IMG/VR virus record: IMGVR_UViG_3300016667_000290
Span: 1 to 40,539 of that record
Strand: one strand, 5' to 3'
DNA: 40,539 nucleotides
From: a virus
Taxonomy: Duplodnaviria; Caudoviricetes
The position numbers were made by a program, and so were the translations under genes. The first letter of the stretch is position 1. Every line of letters begins with the position of its first letter. Under the pieces are notes generated by a model. That model was not told where the DNA came from. It did no database searches and worked only from the letters and a program-made list of their open reading frames with translations. Shown one piece after another: positions 25,385-35,218 of the stretch.

Positions 25385-27336
25385 ATGGTGGCCAACTCCC
25401 GTGCCGTCTGTGCCACGCGAAGCTCGCGGAACCGACCAGTCCCCATGATCTTCACCCGGTAGCGGTCGGACTCGTAGCCGCTTGGCAGCCGAAAGTTGGT
25501 CGTGCCGCTGAGTGCCACCTGGGTGTGCTTCAACTGGTACTCCCAGGCGCCCGAGGGGGTCTTGACGTAAGCCCAGAACTCCACCGCCCAGGAGCCCTCT
25601 GCCACGATCTGGGCCGCGCCAAAGTTCACCGGTCGTGGAATCACCACTTCACGTGACTGCCACACACAGGCCTGATCTGTGCCGCCGTTGAACTGGAACA
25701 GGACGTTCCCGCTGGCGTAGTAAAGCTGGTCTGACAGCACGCTTACAAAGCAGCACTGCGCATTCAGCATGGGCAGTTCGGTCATCGTGCCATCGGCCTC
25801 GTCAAAGCGGATCATGAACGGCGTCATGGCCCAACTCGAAGAGAACACGATCAAGCGCCCGTCCCACATGCCAAAGCGCATCGAGGACAGCGCCGGGGCG
25901 TACCGGCCGCGCCAGACTTCCCGCGTGAAGAATCGCTCGGATGCGTCCAGGGATCCGGTGGCTCCAACGATGGTCACAATGCCGTCGTTGCTGGCGTAGA
26001 CCACACGGCCTCCCACCACGGTGATCGACCACTTGGACACCCCGGCCTGGGACACGTTGATCTTGGCCGCCGTCATGGAGTCCGGCGACACGCCCGAAAC
26101 CATGTAGGGATGGGCCGTGGTGGTCACCACCGCGCCCGAGCCGTGCACGATCCCGCCGACGATGGCGTTGGGCAGCGTCTTGACGTAGCTCGGCGGCCAC
26201 GCCCAGGGCTTGTAGGCCTCGGAGAAGTGCAACTCGTTGCCCTTCCAGGCGCACAGGATCCCGTTGGGCAGCGACATTAGGCCGCGCAGGCCCTGATCCG
26301 GGGGGTAGTAGTTGAGCGAGGACAGCACCTCGTTGAGCAACTCTGCCCGCACGTTGTCGCTGAAGCTGACGGTGTTCGCGGACAGGACGTTGACGCTGCC
26401 GACATAGAAATAGTCGGTCAGGGTCGTGCCCGTGCCGGTGCGGTATACCCGAAGCTCCTTGATGGGCGCGTAGCCCGCCACCTGATTCTTGGTGATGGTC
26501 ACCGTCACCGGGATCACCGGCGAGGTGGTCACCAGGGCCGGGTCGCTGGGCGGGCCTTCCTCGCCGTAGGTGTTGACCTGGGTGAAGACATAGGCCCTGG
26601 TTTCCTTGTCCTGCTCGTTGATCACCGCGGTCAGCGTCACCTTGAAGCTGCCGTCCGCGTTCTGGGACATCAGCAGTTCATAGGCGCCCGTGCTGGTGAG
26701 GCTGGAGTTCTCGGTGTAGAGGTCAAGGATCTGCGAGTTGTCGCGCAGACGCGTGGCCGTCATGCGCAGCACCGGGAAGGCGCTGGCAGGGGTCGAGGTG
26801 GTCTTGGCCGGGGGGGTGTACCGGTATTCGTTGTCGTTGAGCGGCGTCGGCGAAACGGCCTGCTCTTGGTACTTCACGCCACCGTACTCATAGTGGAACT
26901 TGAAGACGATGCTGGCCGTGGCGCTGGTCACCGGCTCGGCCGGCTGCACGGACAGCGACGGCGCGGCCGTGGGGCGGTGCACACCGACCAGATAGGAGCC
27001 GGACGGGGGGCCGCCATCAATGCGCTGCCCCAGGCGATCGGCCACCTTGAAGCCGCCGTCGCTGGTGTAGTACAGCCGCGTGAACTTGTCGTTCACCATG
27101 GGCGAGCGCACGGCGTCCACGTCGGTCGTCCACGAGTAGAAGGTGATGCCGTCGTCGGTGTAGATCGAGGCCGGCTGGTTCGACAGCGTGAACAGCGGGA
27201 ACCCGCCCTTGGTGTTGCGAAGCTCGCCATAAGCGAAGTCGCAGTTCTGAGCGATCGTCGCCGCGTGCTCAGGCAGCAGCGACTCAGGGAATCGCGGCCG
27301 AATGCCAGAGACGGTGGTGAGCTTGAAGTTGGCCAT
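25381..27336 (-). CDS. Podoviral tail nozzle / stabilisation protein (651 aa)
   Basis: GIRPR...ATIAQNC, YGEEGPPS, LHFSEAYKPWAWP, VYASNDGIV and FRLPSGY motifs; size and position fit. Confidence 0.7.
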   Translation of the reverse strand: MANFKLTTVSGIRPRFPESLLPEHAATIAQNCDFAYGELRNTKGGFPLFTLSNQPASIYTDDGITFYSWTTDVDAVRSPMVNDKFTRLYYTSDGGFKVADRLGQRIDGGPPSGSYLVGVHRPTAAPSLSVQPAEPVTSATASIVFKFHYEYGGVKYQEQAVSPTPLNDNEYRYTPPAKTTSTPASAFPVLRMTATRLRDNSQILDLYTENSSLTSTGAYELLMSQNADGSFKVTLTAVINEQDKETRAYVFTQVNTYGEEGPPSDPALVTTSPVIPVTVTITKNQVAGYAPIKELRVYRTGTGTTLTDYFYVGSVNVLSANTVSFSDNVRAELLNEVLSSLNYYPPDQGLRGLMSLPNGILCAWKGNELHFSEAYKPWAWPPSYVKTLPNAIVGGIVHGSGAVVTTTAHPYMVSGVSPDSMTAAKINVSQAGVSKWSITVVGGRVVYASNDGIVTIVGATGSLDASERFFTREVWRGRYAPALSSMRFGMWDGRLIVFSSSWAMTPFMIRFDEADGTMTELPMLNAQCCFVSVLSDQLYYASGNVLFQFNGGTDQACVWQSREVVIPRPVNFGAAQIVAEGSWAVEFWAYVKTPSGAWEYQLKHTQVALSGTTNFRLPSGYESDRYRVKIMGTGRFRELRVAQTARELATI

Positions 27337-27350
27337 TCAGTTTTCCTCAA

Positions 27351-27605
27351 TCACGGGAGCGAGGGCGGTGCATCAACAATGGTGCCGGTAACGCCGATTT
27401 GAGGAACCACGACAGCAAGCTCTTGCTCACGCCAGAACGGCACCGGGGCAAACGCCTTGATGACATCATCAAGCGACTCGCCCTCGTAAGGCAGTCGCGC
27501 TCCGACGTGGATAGTCTGACGTCCTTCGCTGGAGTACACGACCTCCATGCAGCGTGCCGTTTTGTCCACGTTGACGATCTCGTAGGTGTAGGTGATTTCG
27601 TTCAT
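27351..27605 (-). CDS. Small tail-fibre-associated protein (84 aa)
   Basis: ATG 27605 overlaps the adhesin stop (ATGA). Confidence 0.6.
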   Translation of the reverse strand: MNEITYTYEIVNVDKTARCMEVVYSSEGRQTIHVGARLPYEGESLDDVIKAFAPVPFWREQELAVVVPQIGVTGTIVDAPPSLP

Positions 27606-28564
27606 GCGATTGCTCCAAGGCGAGTTCCAGTCGCCACCCATGTGATGTTTGAATTGCCAGCGACGGCTGCGCCTGCACCCCCTGCGCTGCCGCCGTAGGT
27701 ATAGATAAAGCCGCTGCCACTTGCGGGAGAGCCACCACCACCCCCGGACGAACCCAAACCGCCTCCGTTGCCGCCGGAGCCGCCGTATTGACTGCCCGAG
27801 TTGTACCCTCCAGCGCCGCCGCCGCCAGCAGATGTTGAGGAGCCTGACCCGCCATCGCTGCCAAGGATGGTCGTTGTGTAGGATGGATGTGGTTGTGTAC
27901 CCCTAGCTCCACCGGATACACTGTTCAGGCCGCGCCCTCCGCCGCCGCCTCCGCCAGGACAGCTTACGAAGTACGTGTACTCTGGATTTGAATAATCCTG
28001 GTAGATACCTATGGCTCCGCCTCCGCCGCCTCCGCCGCCTCCTCCGATAGTTCCGTTGTTGGTTATGGATATAGCGGCCTGGGCGCGGAGAGCGGGGCCG
28101 CCCGAACCACCCGCATATACCAAGTAATCCCCGTTAACGTTGGACTCGCCGCCGCGCCCTCCAGATCCGCCCATCCCGACAATGAATCCGTTGTTGATGA
28201 GCGTAAGCGTAGTGCCAGCCGGGAAACTAGCCCCGGTGTCGAAGCCGTAGGAACCCGTGCTGGTCGAGCCCACGTACACACCGCTGTTGACCGTGACAGT
28301 TGCATTCAGCGGCTGAACCTGATCCCAGCCTGCCGCAATGGCTGCCGACTTCAAGTTGTAGTTGGTCGTGTTGGCGCTGATCGTAGGGTTGAACTGGAAA
28401 GCGTTGGACTTGCCGCGCCCGTCTGCCATGCTGATCGCGCCGCTGGCCTTGCCGAACAGCGTCCGCACGTTCGAGCTATTCATGCTGATCTGCGCGGTGG
28501 CAGACAGGCCGAGCTCGGTGTTAACCTGGCTCAGCGAGATTGACCCGGACGAAGGAAGCGCCAT
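27602..28564 (-). CDS. Glycine-rich adhesin (T-even gp38-like receptor-binding protein)
   Basis: LTLINNGFIVGMGGSGG, GGPAL and NNGTIGGGGGGGG polyglycine motifs separated by variable loops; directly downstream of the fibre gene. Confidence 0.72.
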   Translation of the reverse strand: MALPSSGSISLSQVNTELGLSATAQISMNSSNVRTLFGKASGAISMADGRGKSNAFQFNPTISANTTNYNLKSAAIAAGWDQVQPLNATVTVNSGVYVGSTSTGSYGFDTGASFPAGTTLTLINNGFIVGMGGSGGRGGESNVNGDYLVYAGGSGGPALRAQAAISITNNGTIGGGGGGGGGGAIGIYQDYSNPEYTYFVSCPGGGGGGGRGLNSVSGGARGTQPHPSYTTTILGSDGGSGSSTSAGGGGAGGYNSGSQYGGSGGNGGGLGSSGGGGGSPASGSGFIYTYGGSAGGAGAAVAGNSNITWVATGTRLGAIA

Positions 28565-28566
28565 GC

Positions 28567-31500
28567 TCAGGCCTCCAGTGCAGACAGGCGGGCTTCGAGC
28601 TCAACCACCTTGCGAGCCAGTGCGACGGCAGCGGCCAGGGCCACGTTGCCGTAGGCCACCGACAGATACTTCTCGCCATCGATCACACCTTCAGGCGCAA
28701 CCGACTGAAGGCTCTGCGCGGACACACCGATCTGGCGCACGTCGTTGTCGATGCGCGTGTAGGTGCCCGTCTTCACATCGGCCAGCTTGGTGATGAAGTC
28801 GCTCGGCAGATCATCCCAGTCTTTCTTGAGGCGCTCGTCCGAGTAGGCGGTGACGTTGCCAGTCACCGTGAGATCGGAAGATGCACTCAACGACATCTGC
28901 TGGGTGAACGTGATCGTGGAGTTGGCAGCAAGCGATGCGGCGCCGTTCCACGTATGGACGTTGCCATCAATCGAGTACATACCGCTGGCGCCAGTGGAGT
29001 TTGTCGTCCATGGCGCGGCGTAGCGAGCGTTACAGGCGAGGACAATCGATTGGGACAGACTGCTCAGCACAGGGAACTGAGGCAGGCAAACGTGAGACGT
29101 TGCCAGCGATGACAGCATCGGCGTGCCGAGAGCAGTGTTGGCGCCAGCGGTGCTCAGGTTGCCTGACGAGTCGACGGTGAGTTTGTCGCCAGGATTGGAG
29201 GCGCTCTGCCACAACAGCTTAAAAGTGCTGCCGGTGCTGTACAGGCCCCACGAGTTGGACGTGTTGCTGCGGTCTTGGAAGTTGACCGCCGCGCTGGTGC
29301 CGGTGGCCGTGTAAGTGGTCGAGGAAATCGCCCCGGTGAAGGTTGCTCCGGACAGCGCGGCATAGTTGGCAATGGTCGCGTATGCGCCAGTCCCAAGCGT
29401 GCCACCGGCCCCGATGTTCAGGGTCGAGCCATCGGTGCCAGCGAGCGTCAGGTTGTTGCTGACGGTCAGGGTCTTGGACGTGGTGCCGCCCGCGATCTGG
29501 AAGCCGGTGGCGTTCGCCGTGAGGGTCAGGCCGTTGTAGGTCTTGCCGGTCAGGGCGCTCGGGATGTCGCCGTCCACGATCGCGTTCCAGCCTGGAGCCG
29601 CGGACACGGAGCCCGTGCCGGTCTGGGTCAGGAACCGCTTGCTGGTGGTCGTGTTGCCGGCCAGCCGCACGGCATTGGAGCCGTTGTGGTAGTTGATGTC
29701 GCCCAGCGTGGTCGATGGGGTCAGCGCGTTGAATGCGGCCGTCTTGCTGGTCTGCCCGGTGCCGCCGTAGCTGATGCCGATGGCGCTGCCCTGCCACGTG
29801 CCGGTGCCGATGGTGCCCAGCGTCGTGATGCTGGCCGAGCCCACGGACGGGGCGTAGGCCGTGCTGGCCGTGAACGCCGCGCTGCCCAGGGTGCCGCCCG
29901 CGCCGATGTTCAGCGTCGAGGCGTCCGTGCCGGCCAGGGTGAGCGTGTTGCTGACCGTGAGGGTCTTGCTGCTGGTGCCGCCGGCAATGGTGAACCCGGT
30001 GGTCGCTGCGGTCAGCGTAAGCCCGTTGTAAGTCTTCCCGGTGAGCGCGGCCGGGATGTCGCCGTCCACCAGCCCGTCCCAGGCCGGGGCGGCCGACACG
30101 GTGCCGGTGCCGGTCTGGCGCAGGAATCGGCGGCTGCTGCTGGTGCTACCGGCCAGCCGCACGTTGTTCGTGCCGTCTGAGTAGATCAGATCGCCCAGGG
30201 TGGTCGTCGGCGAAAGCGCGTCGAACGCAGCCGTCTTGGTGGTCTGGCCAGTGCCGCCCTTGGCGATGCCGACCGTGTTGAGCGACAGGCTGATAGTGCC
30301 GCTGCTGGTGATCGGGCTGCCAGTCACCGACAGGTCGGACGAGCTAACCGCAACGCTGGTGACCGACCCGCTGGTGGTCGTGGCCCAGTCGAATGCGGTG
30401 CCATTCCAGCGCAGGTAGGTGTTTGACGACACCGGCGCGGTCACAAAGCCCGTTGCCCCGCTGCCAGTCTGGTATGGGATGCGGTTGGCGCCGCCGCCGG
30501 AAAGGTTCGTGGCCGTGGTCGCGCTGCCCGCCGTGGTGGCCGAGGCGGCCGAGCCGTCGATGCTGGTGATGCCGGTCAGGGCGATCGCGCCCGAAGCCCG
30601 GTTGATGGCGATCGACGTGGTGCCCAGGAAGAAGGTCTGATTGTTGAGCGGGATCGTCCCGGTCACACTGGGGAACGTGAGCGTGGTGCCATCGGTGCCA
30701 GCAAAGGTCATGCTGTTTTGCACCGTGAGCGTCTTGCTGGCCGTGCCGCCGGCCACGGAGAACCCCGAGGCGTTGGCGGTCAGCGTCAGGTTGTTGTAAG
30801 TCTTGCTGGTGAGCGCCGATGGCAGGTCGCCGTCGAGGATCGCCGAGGCCGACCACGTGTTGACACCGGTTCGGCGCACGAAGCCGGTGGTTGACAAAGC
30901 CTCAACTGCTGCCAGATCGTCAGCCAGGGCCAGGGTCGGGTTGCCCGACACGCCATCGCCGTTGGTGATGGTCAGGCCGGCGGCCGGCACGCCAATCGTG
31001 CGCACGGCCACGGCGCCCGACCCGGTGCGGGCGATCAGGCCGTTGGCGGCCAGCGCGGCCAGCGCGGTCAGGTCGGAGTCCAGGGGCTGGTAGCCTGCCG
31101 ACAGATCCGAAAGCAGGGCGATGGTGCCGCTGGCGTTGGGGACGGTCAGCGTGCGCGTCGTGCCGGTGGCCACGCCCGACACCTCGAAAGCAAGCTGCTT
31201 GGTCGGGTCGCCGTTGTCCACAAACCGGGTGGTCGAGTCCAGCGAGTTGATCGTGACGCCGGTGATGGTGCCGCCGGTGATGTTGACGGCGCTGGCGTCC
31301 TGGGTCGCCAGGGTGCCCAGGCCGAGGTTGGTGCGGGCTGCCGAGGCGCTGGCCAGATCCGAGAGGTTGTTTTCCTTCTGGAGCATGGCCAGGGCCGTCG
31401 CGGCCGTCCAGCGCAACTCGATGTAGCAGGTGTCAACGCCGGAGCGGGCGCGGGACGATGTGCCGTCTTGGCCACGCACAATCGTCCAGTTGACCCCGGC

Positions 31501-31692
31501 CGTGCCGGTGACTTTGACGATTTCGATGTTGATTTCAACGCCGGCCGACACCTCGTACATCGTGGCGTAGAAGACATCGCTACCAGACAGCACCGGGAAG
31601 CCCCCGGAGCTTGCGACAGTCAATGTCGTCTGGGTGTCGTTGATCGAGCCAGAGAGCGTCGTGGAGGCGTTGTTTTTGAATTGGATCGTCAT
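28567..31692 (-). CDS. Long tail fibre with C-terminal intramolecular chaperone (peptidase S74)
   Basis: T/G/S-rich repeats; NNLSDLASASAARTNLGLG; YSDERLK cleavage motif and terminal coiled coil. Confidence 0.85.
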   Translation of the reverse strand: MTIQFKNNASTTLSGSINDTQTTLTVASSGGFPVLSGSDVFYATMYEVSAGVEINIEIVKVTGTAGVNWTIVRGQDGTSSRARSGVDTCYIELRWTAATALAMLQKENNLSDLASASAARTNLGLGTLATQDASAVNITGGTITGVTINSLDSTTRFVDNGDPTKQLAFEVSGVATGTTRTLTVPNASGTIALLSDLSAGYQPLDSDLTALAALAANGLIARTGSGAVAVRTIGVPAAGLTITNGDGVSGNPTLALADDLAAVEALSTTGFVRRTGVNTWSASAILDGDLPSALTSKTYNNLTLTANASGFSVAGGTASKTLTVQNSMTFAGTDGTTLTFPSVTGTIPLNNQTFFLGTTSIAINRASGAIALTGITSIDGSAASATTAGSATTATNLSGGGANRIPYQTGSGATGFVTAPVSSNTYLRWNGTAFDWATTTSGSVTSVAVSSSDLSVTGSPITSSGTISLSLNTVGIAKGGTGQTTKTAAFDALSPTTTLGDLIYSDGTNNVRLAGSTSSSRRFLRQTGTGTVSAAPAWDGLVDGDIPAALTGKTYNGLTLTAATTGFTIAGGTSSKTLTVSNTLTLAGTDASTLNIGAGGTLGSAAFTASTAYAPSVGSASITTLGTIGTGTWQGSAIGISYGGTGQTSKTAAFNALTPSTTLGDINYHNGSNAVRLAGNTTTSKRFLTQTGTGSVSAAPGWNAIVDGDIPSALTGKTYNGLTLTANATGFQIAGGTTSKTLTVSNNLTLAGTDGSTLNIGAGGTLGTGAYATIANYAALSGATFTGAISSTTYTATGTSAAVNFQDRSNTSNSWGLYSTGSTFKLLWQSASNPGDKLTVDSSGNLSTAGANTALGTPMLSSLATSHVCLPQFPVLSSLSQSIVLACNARYAAPWTTNSTGASGMYSIDGNVHTWNGAASLAANSTITFTQQMSLSASSDLTVTGNVTAYSDERLKKDWDDLPSDFITKLADVKTGTYTRIDNDVRQIGVSAQSLQSVAPEGVIDGEKYLSVAYGNVALAAAVALARKVVELEARLSALEA
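29390..30845 (-). repeat. Internal tandem repeats in the tail fibre gene
   Basis: DGD(L/I)P.ALT.KTYN.LTLTA...GF..AGGT.SKTLTV occurs three times; GGTGQT.KTAAF.AL.P.TTLGD...RLAG occurs twice (period ~490 nt). Confidence 0.85.
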
Positions 31693-31693
31693 G

Positions 31694-32002
31694 TCACTCT
31701 TCCTTCACGCGCACGATGAATTCCACCTGCTTGACGCGCCCTGCGTTCGAGGTGGCGGTGATCGTGATCTTGTATTTCTGGCCATCGGTGCCGCCCGATA
31801 CCCACTGCTTGATGATCGTGCCGTTGCGCACGAGCGTGAGCCCGAGCGTCAGCCCAGCAGGCGACACGACCACACTAAGCGGATCGGGCGCGGGCGGGTC
31901 TCCTGCCGTCACCAGCGTGTCGCCGTCTGACAGGAACTCAGCAAAGTCGATGTCGAAATCCAGCGTCTCTGCTGGCTGTTTGACGAATTTTCCAAGCAGC
32001 AT
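31694..32002 (-). CDS. Fibre-tail adaptor-like virion protein (102 aa)
   Basis: KQPAETLDFDIDF..FL...WVSGGTDG..YKIT....GRVKQ pattern. Confidence 0.7.
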   Translation of the reverse strand: MLLGKFVKQPAETLDFDIDFAEFLSDGDTLVTAGDPPAPDPLSVVVSPAGLTLGLTLVRNGTIIKQWVSGGTDGQKYKITITATSNAGRVKQVEFIVRVKEE

Positions 32003-32003
32003 T

Positions 32004-32951
32004 TCAGGCCACCACTTTCATAGTGCGATCATAAGGAGGCACCACAATTTGACGCTCCAACGGGGCCGGCATTGCCGAGGCAAAGTCCAGTCCGGCGGCG
32101 TATGTGATTGCCCTGGCCGTGGTTGTGGCGCCCGTGGAGCGTTTCAGCCCCGAGGCCGGCGCGTTTGCAATAGCGGCGGCAGCCCCGGCCGCTGCGGTCG
32201 TCATGCGCTCAGAGACACCAGACGACGCCGAGGCCGATGCAGTGGTCATGACCGCTGGGATTGCCAGATGGATACCCACCCCGGCCGTGGCGCTTGTGCC
32301 TGGGGCAGCGGACGCGCCAAGGTAGACGCGAGACAGGGCGCCGGCTGTCGAGCCTGCAATAGCGGCAGCCGTCGCGCCCACCCCTTGAGCCAGGGTCATA
32401 GAAACCATGGCTACGGCCGAAGCCTGGGTAATCGCCCAGAAATTGATTTCGGAAAGGGCCTGCGCATCAGCGGCAACCGCCTTCGCATCGCATGTCGCTG
32501 CGTTGTAGACGTACTTGAATGGGCTGACCGTGCACACGGCCCTGGCCACCGTTGCCGCGCCGCGCGGAGCCTTTTGGAAAGAAGTGGCACTGCACGCCGC
32601 TGCGGCCGTTGTGGCCGCTGTTGCGGTCACCTTGACCACCCTGCCCGCGGTTCCAGTTGCGGTGGCTTCCACGGACGCCCCCAGCGGCACGCGCAGGTTG
32701 GGCACGATGTCCGCGCACACAGCGGCGGCCGGCGTGGCAGCGACAGCGCCGAGCGCGAGCTTGACTGGAGGCGACGATGTGACCGCCCGGGGCGTGGCCC
32801 TGGCGAAAGCCGTCAGGCGAAGCCGGATTGCCGGGATGCTGGCCGCGACCTCGACCGTGCCTTGCAACTCGACAATCGACCTGCCCTGTTCCGATGCGGG
32901 GAACGAGACAGCGTTGATTGCACCTGAGTTGATGGCATGGGTGGTGGTCAT
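32004..32951 (-). CDS. Ala-rich virion/fibre protein (315 aa)
   Basis: HAINSGAIN N-terminus and Ala/Thr repeats; coupled to its neighbours. Confidence 0.6.
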   Translation of the reverse strand: MTTTHAINSGAINAVSFPASEQGRSIVELQGTVEVAASIPAIRLRLTAFARATPRAVTSSPPVKLALGAVAATPAAAVCADIVPNLRVPLGASVEATATGTAGRVVKVTATAATTAAAACSATSFQKAPRGAATVARAVCTVSPFKYVYNAATCDAKAVAADAQALSEINFWAITQASAVAMVSMTLAQGVGATAAAIAGSTAGALSRVYLGASAAPGTSATAGVGIHLAIPAVMTTASASASSGVSERMTTAAAGAAAAIANAPASGLKRSTGATTTARAITYAAGLDFASAMPAPLERQIVVPPYDRTMKVVA

Positions 32952-33379
32952 TTAATCAACAGCGTGATGCTGGTTTCAGGGATCACCACACTGTCACCGT
33001 TCACGATCAGGCGCGTTGACACGAGCGAGCCGGAATACAAGATGTTGCCGTCCCCGACCGCTTCGCTGTCCCAGATCGCCCAGTGCGAAATGACCTGCCC
33101 CGTGTCTGCCGTCGAGGCAGGGAACACGATCGCCGATCCGTTGGTGACCTCGATGTTTGAATTACCGTCAGCCGTCTCTGCCAAGGTGCTTGCGGTCAGG
33201 CTGTTCAGTGCTTGACGCGCATACCCCGCATACGTCGCCTCGCTGCCATAGGTGGAGTCGCTGGGTGCTGCGGTGTGCAGCGCGATCCACAGGCCGGCGG
33301 GCGGCGTATAGGACGCCCGCACCGGGTTCAACGACATGTTGAACAGTGCGAGCGCGAGGTACTTGGAGAGGCCGGCCAT
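32948..33379 (-). CDS. Virion structural protein, paralog 2 (143 aa)
   Basis: LHTAAPSD...EATYAGYARQ...FPAST...SHWAIWD motif. Confidence 0.7.
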   Translation of the reverse strand: MAGLSKYLALALFNMSLNPVRASYTPPAGLWIALHTAAPSDSTYGSEATYAGYARQALNSLTASTLAETADGNSNIEVTNGSAIVFPASTADTGQVISHWAIWDSEAVGDGNILYSGSLVSTRLIVNGDSVVIPETSITLLIK

Positions 33380-33382
33380 GGC

Positions 33383-33811
33383 TTAGGTCAGGTCGATTTG
33401 CAGTTGACCCGATGGGATCACCACCACGTCGCCGGACTGCACCGAGCGGCTGGACGACAGTGTGCCCGAGTACATCAGGTAAGCGGCCGTGCCCAGGGTC
33501 TGATCCGACCAGATGGCCCAGTGGGTCACGGTCTGGGTCGCGCCGGTGGAGGCCGGGAAGTTGATGTCGCCGGTGTTGGTTGCGCGGACGGTCTGCTCGG
33601 GTGCCACGCCGGTGACCGACGAGGACATGAGCGAGGCGATGTTCACGCGGGCATAGCCCGAGTAGGTAGCCTCATTGCCGCCGGAGGCATCGCTCGGGGC
33701 GGCGGTGTGCAGCGACATCCAGACACCCGGCTTGGCGCTCAAGCTCGAACGGCTAGAGGCCAGGGTGGCGTCGAAGATCGCCTGTGCAAGAGCTTGGGAA
33801 AAGCCTGCCAT
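33383..33811 (-). CDS. Virion structural protein, paralog 1 (142 aa)
   Basis: LHTAAPSD...EATYSGYARV...FPAST...THWAIWS motif; SD AAGGAG. Confidence 0.7.
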   Translation of the reverse strand: MAGFSQALAQAIFDATLASSRSSLSAKPGVWMSLHTAAPSDASGGNEATYSGYARVNIASLMSSSVTGVAPEQTVRATNTGDINFPASTGATQTVTHWAIWSDQTLGTAAYLMYSGTLSSSRSVQSGDVVVIPSGQLQIDLT

Positions 33812-33821
33812 GATTTACTCC

Positions 33822-34508
33822 TTAACGAGAGTTGGGGATGACGTTGGGATTGGCCGGAGCCGTGACATTCGGGTTGACACCCGCTTCCACCTTTGCCTTG
33901 CCAGTGAGCGCGGCGATATAGGCGTCTTGGTGCTGCTTGGCCCGGTTCTGGTCAGCAGCGAATTCGGTGTCCTTGCTGTAAGCGCGGTACAGCGAGTAAT
34001 CCACCAGAATCGTCTGGTAGATGTCGTCCAGGGTGATCGTGCCGCCCAGGACTGCATCGGTCGGGGCCGCGCCGTAGATCAACTCCACGAAGTTCTGGTT
34101 GGCCGCAGGCTGGGGCGGGTAGACGTAGTAGTTCTTGGGATCCAGCAGCGAGTACATGTAGTGGATCACCTCAGTATCCGGCGTGCTGGCGTGCCAGTCC
34201 GGAACCTGGGAATCCAGAATCTCGCGCATGGTGATCCGAATGGCGCGGCCAGGGGTGCCGCCGGCGGGGCCCATGTTGCGCACAACGTCGATCAGTTGCA
34301 CGCCGTCCGCGGGCAGCGTCTGCTTGGTGCCGGCGGTCAGCTTGACGGGCATGTTCTTCACAAACGCATTCGGCTTGTAAAGGACGATTTCGCGCTGGCC
34401 GTCGTTGATCCAGCCCAGCAGTTCCAAGTCGGGCCAGCGAATGCCGGTGGTGTCTTGGAGGATGGTCTGGACTTTGGAGATGACCGACGCGACGGTTACG
34501 GTTGCCAT
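33822..34508 (-). CDS. DUF6682-like head-tail adaptor protein
   Basis: LQD..GIRW...ELLGWINDGQREI...YVYPP...LVDY.LYRAYSKD pattern. Confidence 0.75.
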   Translation of the reverse strand: MATVTVASVISKVQTILQDTTGIRWPDLELLGWINDGQREIVLYKPNAFVKNMPVKLTAGTKQTLPADGVQLIDVVRNMGPAGGTPGRAIRITMREILDSQVPDWHASTPDTEVIHYMYSLLDPKNYYVYPPQPAANQNFVELIYGAAPTDAVLGGTITLDDIYQTILVDYSLYRAYSKDTEFAADQNRAKQHQDAYIAALTGKAKVEAGVNPNVTAPANPNVIPNSR

Positions 34509-34521
34509 GGGTGTTACCTCT

Positions 34522-35160
34522 TCAATGTTGCGGTGTCACGCGATGCTCGGCGCGGCCCAGGGCGGCGACCGCCGAGGCCCGGGCGTTGGCGATGGCGCCA
34601 CGGAATGCCGAGTCTTTTGCCGCCCCGTTCTGCAAGTCAGTCCACGGCTTGTTGGGCATGAGCATCAGTCGCGCAATCGCACCCTCGGCCAGCACGTACA
34701 TGTACTGGTTGAAGATCCACTTGGGCAGGCCCACGGCCGTCTGGCTGGGCTGGAGCGCCAGGGTCATCGTCAGGCCGTTGGTGATGTTCGAGTCCGGCAC
34801 CGCGGCCAGGATGATCTGATCGGTGTCAACCTGGGTGTAAAACTTGGGCACCGCAGGGGTGGTGCGCCACCCGGGGAGGTTGGCATCGAGCCATGCAATC
34901 GACTTGGCTTTGATCGGCACGTTGTTGTGCGCCACGTCCATCACTGCCGACACGTCGGCGCCCGTCTCGGGCTCAAGGTCATAGAAGGCCTCGCCCGCTT
35001 CAACGTCGATCGGATCGGGCAGGTACTGCCAGAGCCACGAGCCCGCGCAAAAGTCGATGCACGCCCGCTTGATGGCGTACTCCGTCACTGGGTACGACGG
35101 GTCTGCCGCCAGGGACGGAAGCACGTCATTGATCAGTTCGGAATACTTGGCAATCAGCAC
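34522..35160 (-). CDS. Phage adaptor / tail tubular-like protein (212 aa)
   Basis: AIKRACIDFC..S.LW and LAEGAIARLMLMPNKPWTD pattern; GTG start after GAGG. Confidence 0.7.
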   Translation of the reverse strand: MLIAKYSELINDVLPSLAADPSYPVTEYAIKRACIDFCAGSWLWQYLPDPIDVEAGEAFYDLEPETGADVSAVMDVAHNNVPIKAKSIAWLDANLPGWRTTPAVPKFYTQVDTDQIILAAVPDSNITNGLTMTLALQPSQTAVGLPKWIFNQYMYVLAEGAIARLMLMPNKPWTDLQNGAAKDSAFRGAIANARASAVAALGRAEHRVTPQH

Positions 35161-35187
35161 GGCAAAGCCTCGTCTTGGATGGGATCG

Positions 35188-35213
35188 AGTATCAGCGAGC
35201 GGGCGCTATTTGA
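35188..35213 (-). promoter_or_regulatory. Putative late promoter
   Basis: TCAAATAGCG-N10-GATACT in an intergenic gap. Confidence 0.65.
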
Positions 35214-35218
35214 CTGTA

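Noticed and set aside
27602-31692. Diversity-generating retroelement acting on the fibre or adhesin
   Set aside because: No reverse transcriptase in the window and no template/variable repeat pair differing only at adenines; the repeats are in-frame shaft duplications.
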